Shown: piece by piece, positions 1 through 12,200 of the stretch | Numbering within the stretch: the first letter of the stretch is position 1 | Layout: each line of letters opens with the position of its first letter | NCBI RefSeq assembly: GCF_037042905.1 | Contig: NC_087251.1 | Coordinates: forward strand, 16,246,001-16,306,000 | DNA length: 60,000 bases | DNA from: Lytechinus pictus | Lineage: Eukaryota | Direction: 5' to 3' | Position numbers and translations under genes: made by a program | Notes under the pieces: generated by a model | Told to the model about the DNA's origin: nothing | Seen by the model: only the letters and a program-made list of their open reading frames with translations | The model's database searches: none

Positions 1-71
1 CTTTTTCTATTTTTTAATGCAAAAAGCCTAGTGAGAATAGTACATACTGAATGAAATGGAAAACTACTCAC

Positions 72-227
72 AGCTCTCATTCTCTTATTCCTCTCTTTAT
101 TTCTCTTTCTGAAACCGATTTCAGTGACTCTTCTCTTCTTGAAGATCTCATCTTCTGCTTCACCTAGATCGGTCATCATCAGCTGGACACGTTGAAGGTC
201 GACCACTCCATTCTCTGTCAAGTAGCC
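72..227 (-). CDS. XRN2: XRN2 exon 15
   Basis: [52 protein letters not shown] then GTGAGT. Confidence 0.92.
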
Positions 228-3200
228 CTAGCAATAACACACAAAAGAGGTTTTACAACAAATATGAGGTATGTGTGTCATATATGACTAGCCACCCTAA
301 AACCAACAATGAGATGCCCAAAATGAATTTTGAGATTTTTATTGAGCTTGAAAAAGTACATCCTAAGCTTTAGAATGATATACAACTTGTAAAAATTGAT
401 CAATAACCTACAGAAGTACTTGATTAAATGCGGAAGAAATTAAGTGAGAGCCAAGTTAAAAAGTTAATAAACTGATGCACAAGACAATGCAACTTCTTCA
501 ATGCCAATAGAAAAGCACACATAATCCTTTGTGGTGTTTCAAAGAACTGTTTTTAAGTTACACACATATTTATGTATGATTTTATGCACAACATTATGGA
601 CAACACTATGCATGACTGGTGACTGTTCTTTGGTGAAAAATAAAAATGACAATGACATTAGTTTCATACAAGTAGAATATACAACATACCTTTGTCTTGT
701 AAACAGCTTTCTTGTACAGTCGTATCAGCCTGTCAATGGCCCCTTCCCTTTTGATAAGAAAAAACAGATTTCTAAAAGTCAATCACCTTATTTTAATATT
801 AAAGGGAATTTACATATCACAGAAAAGTAAATTATCTTCTCTGGTAATGAAACACTCTAAAAGAAGATATCCTGGTATTTGCTTCAAACTGATACAGTAC
901 ATGGATAACTGAAAATGGATTAGTGGGATGCAAAATGATTTTTAATCAAGAAATCATGATTAAGCCTTATTTATGGAATTATTACATGTTTGAATGAATC
1001 ATATCAAGATATAATAAATATAAAAAAATCTAGGATCCACCCAAATTTAGTGCATCATATTTTCGAAAAAAAAATCACAATTTCTTTATCAATAAAGGCC
1101 AGGAATGGATTTAAGCTGTTATGACAAATGATTGCTATGCTATTTTTCAGCCAAATCTAGATTCTGTAACAAAGATTTCCATTCATTGTTCAAAACACTG
1201 GTCATAAACCAATATTTATTGTTCTTAGATATTTTCAATTCATTGCAATCATGACAGGGCTTGGACCACAGTGAATTGTAAAGCAAGTGTGAGACGTGCT
1301 CAAGACACAGCCCTATATCACAGAAGAAATTCAAACCTTACAAACTTGTGATATGAATCATGAAAACACTTACCTGATTTCAAGTGAAGGAAGATGAGGC
1401 AAGAAATCATTACCAACAAAGAAGCACATGAATACCCAGTCATCTATAGCTCTCTGCAAGTGTTAGAAATTAGAAACATGGAATTAACATGAATTTTACT
1501 TCTCTACATTCCCAAAGTGCCTGGTCCAAGGGCATTTCTTAACACAATCCTCAATAAAATGTGGATGCAATATTTTTGCTGTGAATGGTTTTCATACACA
1601 ACAATAATGATAATAATGCAACTGAAAAAGTGCTTGTATCCATATACAATATTTGAAAATACACATTTTCCTCTTAAGTCCATCTCATAATAGTGGTTTG
1701 ACTCTGACAAATTGTTATTTATACAATAAGCAATAGAAAATATGAAATTCAATATTTTTTCTATTGTAATATCTACTTGACAGACAAGTGCATCCTACCA
1801 AAATAATTTGAATGAATAGTGAAAAATCAAGCCTAACACAGAATTTTTTTTATCAAAATCAGATATTTTGAAGATAAGTATCTGTTGCCCTTATTGATAT
1901 GACTTGGGCAGTGTACTTCTAAATGTAATTCTAAAGTTCACTCACCTCTAGGTCAAAGGTGAAAGGTAAACCTGTCATCCACAGCTCTTTTTCCAGGTAC
2001 TGAGAACAGAAACAAGCCAGATATTAATATTGCTTATATCATCAATAGTCATGAATGTAGAAAATTACGATTAAAAAAAAAAAAATCAGATAAAGACACA
2101 TTAAGAATAACACATATCAGGATTCAATCATTTCACATTGTGGCGAAGTTTGAATGAAAGTTTTCACCTCACAAGTAATTTATTTCAACATAACCATTAT
2201 TTATAAAAAAACAAATTCAACAATTAATTCACAATACAAACTATGCAACAAGGATTTATGTTATTTTTTTTCTACATTGCTATTCCTTGAAACATAACAA
2301 TTAGAATTAATCATCAATTTATTTATTCAGTTATTTCATTTTATTTCAGTTATTAATGTTACCTCTTTGAGAATATTGAGTCTGAGAAATATGAACTCTG
2401 TCTCAGCACCTTGAGGCACAGGTATGGTATCCAGCTGTAAAGATAAAAAAGCAATTTTATTTATATGTTTGTGCATGGCAATGAAATTAATCTTTTATCA
2501 CTCTTTCTATCCATCCACCCACCCATCAGTTTATTAGTCTATCCAATATATCAAATAGAAAAATTAAATTTACTACTTTGTGAATTTTCACATTAAGTAT
2601 GACCGCATACTTTGATTCATTGATATGAAGAATAATAAATCTTCATGGTATAATTTTGGATTATTTTATGAGTCCAACATTGCAAAAATTCATTTGTATA
2701 TAAACCCCTCAAAAAAAGAAAGTCAAATAGGGGCCTAAGCTTTCGATCCTAGCAGAATCTTTGTCGGAGGCAAAATGACAAACATATAAAGTGGAACAAC
2801 CCTAAAAAAAAGTTAGGAAATCTGAGTTTGGCCATTAATTTCTCTCAACTCCCAATTTTACACAATGCATATTTGACATCATTCAAAAGATAATTTAATT
2901 CTCTTTAAATGATACCATGATTGTTATGATCATGCCATCACGAAAAGAGCAAGATTATTCAAAAGTGTTGGATGAGGTCTGAATTGAAAAGCTGCAAAAC
3001 GAGCAAAATGTTTGGAAATCTGAGTTTGGCCATTAATTTCTCCCAACTCCCAATTTTACACATTGCATATTTGATACCATTCAAAAGATCATTTGATTTT
3101 CTTTAAAATGATACCATGCTTGTTATGATCATGCCATCACGAAAAGAGCAGGATTTAAAAGTGTTGGATAAGGTCTGAATTGAAAAGCTGCAAAACGAGC

Positions 3201-6200
3201 AGAAATAGTCATGAAGGGTCAACACAGAACATGATTCTTTTATCTGTGTCAATAGAGATGAAAATCCATTCAAATCAAGCCCCTGCTTCTTCATTTTTTA
3301 TGTTTTGTTGTGGTTTATGTAGTGATGGTTCTGTGAGATAACATGGTTTGAAACACCCATGCATATTTGTTTGTTTGTTATGTGTTTGCTTGTGCAGAGG
3401 TGTGTTTGATTCCATGTTAATGTTGATGTTAAGGTGCATGAAAACAATTAAAGGAAACCGCTGAGAAACTCACTCATCACCACGGAAAAAAGAACAGTGA
3501 CTTTCAATATTGTGTCATTTTGCAACTTTTGAATTTTGACCTTGCCCCACATTTCAAGGCACTGCGCCTCCATGTGAACCATGATCATATCATGTAGGGT
3601 ATCATTTTAAAGAGAATTAAATGATCTATTCATTGATATTAATTACACATTGATATTTACTAAAACCGAGGAGGGATTATCGATCAAAGTCAGATTTCCA
3701 AACTTTTTTTGAGGAGTTTATATTGCTGTGCAGAAACAAAAAAGAAAAATAAATCAATTTAACAATTTATAACCATACAAAATGAGTTGAAATGTAATAG
3801 GTTATGGATAGTGGCCCTTAAGAATAATTGTCCTTACCAATAGCATTCCTCATGGATAATGAGCTTGATCTGAATAACCTACCTCATTTGCTCTTTCCTT
3901 TGGCAGCCCCTGGCATTCTTTCATTTCATGTCCTAAAAGAAGAGAAAATAATTAGGGCCTACATATAAATCAAACGAACACATTCATCTGACTTATGGAT
4001 TTCAATGCAATGAACTACCAAATATCACCTTAGCACTACATTATTTAATCAAATTTCATATCGAAGTAATAAGAGAGTTCACTTTACCTTCTTGATTGCA
4101 GAGCTCACAAGGTCTCCTCTGATTTGGTTTGAACTCCTCACGGATGATGGTGAACTTTACCTCATGGGTAGCAAGACCTGTGAAATAACAATGCAATATG
4201 ATTACTTTTCTGCATTTCTATAGATATAAAGTTAACCATATATATGAGTTATGTAAACAATTCTCTTTTAAATGCAAAATCAATTCATCTTTACTTCTCA
4301 AGAAGTGGTCAGGTTGGATGATCTCTGCAGAAAAAGTACATGTATTTGGGAGATATAAACAAACCGGGCCATTATCAAGAATGTTAACTATTATGTCTGA
4401 GTTACTCTTGGGACTGTTCTGAGAGTTTGATAAGACAGACTTGGATTGCATTGTGGGTCAAAAATATAAACATCTTTTAAAATGCAACCACAAAACAATG
4501 ACTTAGAAAATATGCATTTTGAAAGCCAAGTCTGTAGGACCATTGACATTGAAAAGTTAACTGAACTTAAGAGGGGTTTCACACTTTCACTCATTATTCT
4601 ACAATGGGCCTTCTTCCCAAATCTTCTTCTTCAGACATGTATTGCATACAATTAAAGATTGACCTTTACTCCCTAAGTAAAATGCACTGGGGATGTAAAC
4701 TCTGGATATTAATTCACATACATATATACACATGTAATTCCAATGAAAGTTCCATTAGCTATGAGAGAGCATGAAAATTTATTCATCATTCTGTCAGGAA
4801 GGTCAAGGGCACTGACGTAGTTCAAAGCTAGCACTTTACACACATTAATTCAACAGATAGTAGTAATCAAATGATCTCAGGCATGAATCTTTATATGCAA
4901 GGAAACCAATTTGAGAGTACACTGTATCAGTTTCAAAGCAAAGCTTTCTTTCGCTTCCATACCTACCAAATGAGTACTGAAAATATAAAAAAAATCCACT
5001 AATTTTGGAGCAAAATTAATTCAGGTTGTTGATACAAAATCAATTCATATAAATGAACCGTTCACTTACCCAACATAATTAGATCAGCTGCAGATATCAA
5101 GACACAAAAAGACAAAACAATTATATAGGTTAAATTTCTTGAAAATATTAAATGAAATACATTGCTAAATATCTAATGAAGATAGGATATTGAAAATGAT
5201 ACTGAAGTATCATACCATTCACCATGCATGCATTACACAGGCACCATTCACTCCTATCTTGATAGACGACCATCATTTGAGATCTTTGTCAATTTCATAT
5301 CTCCAAGCCATCATAGACATTGGTGATGTTGAACAGAAAAATGAGGAGGTGCAATATGCTAATCCTACTCCAATTTCAATGATCAAGTTTTGGAAATAAA
5401 TGTTCTTCAACGCTTACATTATGACAGGGAATTTTAGTTAGGAACATGAGAATTAATCAAGACACCATTGGAATCCCCCCCCCCCACAAAAAAAAAAAAA
5501 AATAATAAAAATTAAGTAAATAAGCAAACAACAATATAAATGATAAATAAATAATTATAATAATTTTTAAAAAAATCCAGCATGACTCAGCCCTTGTGTG
5601 ATAAATGAAGATTATCATATTACTTACCATCAGCACCGCACAGACAATGATGAGTGTTAGGGTCATGGTCTGGATTGGCTGTTAATACAATCAAAGAAAG
5701 ACAGATTTCTTATCTTATCTCTATACATATGTGACCATAAAGCTCAAAACTTACATAAATTGAAGTTCATGCTTTTAAAATTGTTTGTTTGAAAAAAGAA
5801 CAGATGGCGAGCTTCAATAATCTGTCAAGTCTGCTCAACTAAAACACATAACATCTATGCACCCATGAATTTCAAAAAGACAGAAAGACATTCCAAAAAC
5901 AAGAAGAAAAACTTCAAGGTTTCCTCAAACAAGAGTAAGATAGGCATACAGTGCAATATCTGTTGAAACTCTCAGCGATCCTAATTGTAATTTTTTTTTT
6001 GAATTTCTTGTATCTCCTGTTTGCTATTTTCCAATGCAAATCAATTTTCTTGACCCTTTATAACAAACAATATGGTATGAAATGTTTCCTTACCCCTTTG
6101 CTTCCTAATGTAGTCCATTATCTTGTGCTCACCCTCTCCTGGGGTATTAGCATCAGAAAGGATCACCTAGTACAAAAGAACAAAAATAATAAAACAAATA

Positions 6201-9200
6201 AATATAAAGAACAGCGTACAACTAGATGGATATTTGATTGAGCACAGTCGAAATTCATGCCTCAACTATCTATATTATTTCAAGCAAACTGCTTATGATA
6301 ACAATCCTTCTCCTGCATAATGCAGATGTTTAATAATTTGGTAGTAGATATAGGGACAGTGATTATCCGTTTCTAAAAATTGCCTTTTCCATTTCAGAAA
6401 ATCTCAAATTCCGTTTCAGCATGGCTGAAAACGGAAATTCCGTTTCCCCATAGACTTTGTGTACATGAAAAAGTGACGATTCCGTTTACATAGAAAACTA
6501 ATACGCAATGATGTCAAAATGCTAGCGCTGTCAAAATTTGCATCTGCCAATGTACTAACATCGCTTTAAAATCCATTTAAATCAAAGAGATTCAAGCTCC
6601 AAAACTATTCAGAGAAACATAATCAACATAAATAAATCCTCACCTTTCATATTATTAGCATTATTTTATGGTTAAATGAGGTTTTATCACTGATTTGGGG
6701 ACTTTTCAGACATGGTTTTGATCAGTCGACGACTTCCACCTATCCGCCATTTTGGATTTGTTGAATCACCGTGATCATGATATTATGACCGAACGCAGAG
6801 GGCAGCAACACACGGCCGTATTCTGCCTTATATGCGGACGTGAGTGTAAACTAATTTAGATACGATCGAGGGGCTCGAGTGTAGTTACGATGTGTTGATT
6901 GTCATGATTGTTGTAGCAAAGTGAGATCGTGTTTTTCCAGTTGATATTCGTATTTTGTTGAGGATTTGGGAGTAATTTTTGTTGCTATTTTGTGCATTTT
7001 GAGAAAAAAACATGTTTTCCATGATTTTCCGTTTGATAAGCCACTTTCCGTTTCAATAGACCGATTCCGTAAATTCCGTCCATTTTCCGCGATCGCGGAA
7101 AATCACTGTCCCTATAGATCATATTGATTCAAATTTTTTTTTTTTTCTCTATGATTGATGCAAAAACAGTTCAATATCAATATAATAAATCAAATTACTT
7201 AATAGACCCAAGCATTCCTATCATAGATAGCAAAACAAAATATTATCTATTATCAGTATCAATATAATTTATTGTGGTTTGACTCTCATCTTTCAATCTG
7301 AGGGTTGCGGGTTTGAATCTCAATCATGGAACGTTTTCCTTTAGCAAGAAATTTATCCACAATGTGCTGCACCCAACCCAGGTAGGCAAATAGGCACCTG
7401 GCAGGATTAATCAAAATAGAATGCATCAAGCACTCCACCAAAAGCTAAAGCATGGGTCATACATCATGTATATAAACTGGCCAGCAAAAGAAAGTACCCA
7501 CTTCTTTCAAAGGCTGCACACAAAAATTCACCACATAGAAATAAACAATTTTGTACACAGGTATGGTGCAATATCCATTAGGAATCATATACCCAACAGG
7601 AAGTGATTATCTTTATTACAAAGAAATAAAATGACACGTACAGCATATTGGTCACTGAATCAAAAGTCACAAAATGTAACAGACCGAGCTGTCCGTTCAC
7701 TTTGACATATTGGTTGTTAAAAAATGTTGTCCATTCAGTGGCCATTTTTGCTTGGTGGAAAGTGCTTTTGTGTGGGACTTTTTATTCAGAGACAAAGATG
7801 CTATGCATGTCAAGTTCTTTTTGTTATGAAGATATTCAATTGCTTTATGTGCATGTGATTAGTAAGGGGTATTGTAGCACACCTAAGTACAAAAATTGTT
7901 TATATTTATGTCGTGAATTTTTGTGTGCGGCCTTTGACAGGGGTGGGTACTTTCTTTTGCTGTCCAGTTTATGATTTTGAATAGGCAACAAGTTTAACAG
8001 ATGCAACAAATTTACAAAAAATAGATTTACAAATGATATCATCGAGAGTAAAATTTGACGTGACGGGAATGACGTAAGGGGAAAAATTTCTAAAAAGTTA
8101 GGTGCTTGCAAAGTGAAGGAGCGCAAAAATTCATCTTTTAGATTTAGAAAATGCTATCTTATTTCACCCTATCCCTTTCATTTTCTTTGATTTCCTTACT
8201 TTGGGGTTATTTTCTTGGTCAAAGAACTTTTTGGGAGAAAGTCCATCTCCCCCTCCATCTTCACATACGCTAGTGACTATCATTAATTATTCAACTTGTA
8301 AATAATGGTGTGGTGAAGAATAAATAAAATATGAGACAAAGCAAACATACCTTAATGTTCTTCCAGCCAGGATCATTGTTTATTCTCTCTGTCACATAAT
8401 AACGCAAGCAGTCAGCAAGACGAAACATGAACTCTGTCCCCTGTTAACAAATCAAGGGTAATCAGGTAATTATTCAATTAGTCTATTAGCAGATGATCTA
8501 ATTATCATATCGTTTAAAAACATCCTGGTTACATCTACATGTACTTGGTCAATTCTGTCCAACTCTCACATGGTCTCATATTCACATGGGTTGTCTTTTA
8601 GTCTAATGGCCAAATGATCCAATTTCCATTTTGTATAATTTTTTTGGACTCTGTAAAATGAAAGCTTGATTAATAAACAGTTGCTTACCGGTGTGATACA
8701 GTTGCTGTCAAAGTGACTTTCTTTGGGCTTAGGAGGAGGCAGGTATCCACCACGCTCACCAATCTCAGCTCGTATCCTTGCCTCATCTTGCCTCTTATCT
8801 CTACATGAATACACAGAAGAAAATATATATATGGTTTGGAGTAGGATTAACATTAAAGAAAACTCGTTCTATCCCATAAGACATTCTGCCTTAACTTCCT
8901 AGTTCATTATATAACACTCTACGAAGATAAGAATCAGAAGTACATTTTGTAAGTTTACTTCATTTTTTACACATAAAAAATGCCCTCATACCTGCTTTCT
9001 TTTGAAGCTCTGAATCGACGTGAGCGCTGTTGATTCATCTTGGCACGAGGAGCAACTCCATCAATGGCCATGTAGAGCAATCTGCGAGGGCGCACTATAC
9101 TGAACAAACGATCGATGTACAAGAAAATCTCACACATCATCTCATCTTCGTTCTTTGGCGCAGGTCTTTAATGTAGAGAGAGAGGAAAAAAATCAATGGT

Positions 9201-12200
9201 ACAGACAAACTAAAACCTTAAGTTTGGTAAAAGTTAATGTAAATTATATCTAAGTATTATCAAACATGGCAGTTCACAAAAGTGTAGAGACCACTAATTT
9301 TTGTTTTTATCTGAATCTATATGAAAAATAAAAATTTAACATTTGTAAACATATTGTGCCTTATCTTACTGATGTTTTTTTTCAATCAATCTCTTTAAAC
9401 AAAGCCCTTTGAACATTCACATGTATTTAACAAATATAATGACTGCCTATCAGAAAGCTACAAATAAAGATTATATCATTACTACATGTATTTCAATCCA
9501 ATCCATTCATGAGAAATAGTTAAATAACCAATAGAAACAATATTTTTTTCATGTAATTCCACTTTAACACCTTTCTTTATTTCTATCATTTTAAACATCA
9601 TTTGAAACACTATTAGTAAATAAATAGATGAATAAAACGTAAAGAATTAATTAATGAAAAAATAGAATAATACACAAATGAAAATGAAAAAAAAATGGAT
9701 ACTGTATGCAGGGTACTACATAACTTTTTAGGAGCACTTGCCCGGCTGGGCAAGTAAATTTTTAAATAGTTGGATATACTTGCCCAAAAATCTATTTCAC
9801 TTGCCCGAAAAAATCCATGAAAAAAAAGTTTTACCTCTTTAAAGAAAAGTTTTGTGGTTTTTAACATTTTTCTCTCTTTTGACATGAACTGATGTCTGAT
9901 CTGCCTTGTTATTGCATTTCTTTTTCCAAAGTGATTTCATCTTGCCTGCCATGACCCAAATTAGGGTCAATATCATATAATATCGACCCTAATTTTGGTC
10001 ATTCTACTGTGAGAATTTTGCTTGCCCAATTCGGGCAAGTAGTTTTGGTCTTTACTTCAAAACACTTGCCCGACTCTTACTTTTACTTGCCCCGGGCATT
10101 CGGGCAAGTGCTTATGTAGCACCCTGCTGTATGTGTTCTTGGTGTTTTTAGAAATGTATCAATTGGATTATATATGCGAAGGAAAAACAAGCTGAATACA
10201 ATTTACCATCAAATTGTTAAATGAAGTCCAGATAGTGGAAAATGATTGTGCACTTACTTATTTTCTGGATGACAACATGGATGAATAATTCCATTCATAT
10301 CCAAATAGAGATTGTCAAACTCTACATCATTGGGGTTAGGCTTGGTACTATCAACTGGAATCCTAACTCCATCTACTTCTTTGGTCTGTAATTTAAAAAA
10401 TAATAATGGAGGAATAGAATGACATCAGATGCACATATAATTCTAAATAAAAAATAGAACAATCAATAAAAACCTCAAAAGATCTATGCACAAGACAATA
10501 AAAGGCTGTGAGGCCTCATTTTCCTAGCAACATCAGCTGAAAAACATTTTGCAAAAAGCACATAAAACATTACACTCTATACCTTTTGCAGACATGACTA
10601 GAATCTAAACTGTAGTTTAGTGAAAAGTCTTTAATTAACTTCCCTACTGAGTACATGTAGTAAAGCTGGTAAAGTCTGAAGATTTATTTTCATGATTATT
10701 TGATGGACAAGTATTTTTCCCTAAAAACATAAACAACAAAATTGACTCTGGCCACATAGTCATTTACAATCATATCCACTGTGTGTGAGTGAGTTGTGTC
10801 TAAGTACAGTCAGTGTACCCAAATGGTATACAGTGTACATACTCTAGGTCGAACATACATGTAAATTAAATTCCAGTGTGAACATTAGTGTAGTTGCTAC
10901 TTTAATTCAAACTGCTTTGAATGCTGAGAAGAAGGAGTTTTTTGCCAAAAGCTACAAAATTCTACATATATTTGGTCAGTTTGGTGTACTTCTGCAGGGT
11001 GCGACATAAGCGCTTGCCCGATTGCCCGGGGCAAGTAAAAGTTAGAGTAGGGCAAGTGTTTTGAAGCAAAGACAAAAACTGCTTGCCCGAATCGGGCAAG
11101 CAAAATTCTCCTATGGAAATTATATTTTAGAAAGATTCCCCATATTTCACCATCAAAATATAGAAAAGAAAAAGAGACAAAAAAAAGCAATATCATTTAT
11201 TTCTTCTTTCAAAAAAGTTTATAATTCGAATTGCAAAATTTGCGCCAATTTCTGCAATAAACACACAGCTCAGAGACGTACACACACACACAGAATCAAT
11301 GGCAGTCTAGCATACCTAGCTAGCTAGCGCCAAGTCCATGCAGCCGATGCATGTAGTAAAGTTTCTACGGTGTTCGGTGCTGCACGAACGAAGTTTGCTC
11401 TGGAAGAAATCTCCCGCAGAACTGTCAAAATTCACATTTCTCATCAATGAAAATTCTTGTAATGTCCATATTTCCTAAAAATTGGGGTAGCTCTGTCATT
11501 TGTAAGCAGTAAAAGGAGAAATTTTCACTTCTGTTATGCTTAAAAAAGATCGGGTTTCGAATGATCGTCTGTATCGCACACACTGAAATACATTGTTTGA
11601 CAGTCCCACATATGCATTTGTGTGTATGTTGATAAACGTGGTTTCTTTCGTAACTATTTTTTTTTGTCAAGGAAATTGATAAATTTTCTTCTTTATTTAT
11701 GACTGGATAGTTTGAGCTTTCTTCCTCTCTATTTTCTTTCTTTCTGCCTATCTTTCCTTCTTTTGAATCTCTCTTTATTTCTTTAAATTTCCTTCCTTCT
11801 TTTGTTCATTTTTTCTGTTACTATAGCTGTCTTTCTTTTTGTCATTCTTTTCTTTCTATCTTTTTTTTCTTTCTTCCTTCCATCCAACCTTTGTTTACCT
11901 CTTTTTTAATCCTTCCTTCTTTTTCCCTTTCATTCTTTCTTACTGTCTTCCTTCCGTCCATCCATTCTTTACCTTTTCTTCCTGTCTTTTTTTCTTCCTT
12001 ACTTTTTTCATGCCTTTCATTCTTTCTTTTCTTTCTTTATTTATTTCTTTCCTTCATTCCTTCCTTTCTTTTTGTCTTTCATTCTTTCTTTCTTTCTTTC
12101 TGTTTTTCTTTATTTCTGTCTTTCGTTCTTTTGATCTTTCTTTTTTCCATCCATCCTTTCTTTTCTTCCTTATTTTTTCTTTCTGCCTTCCTTCATCTCT

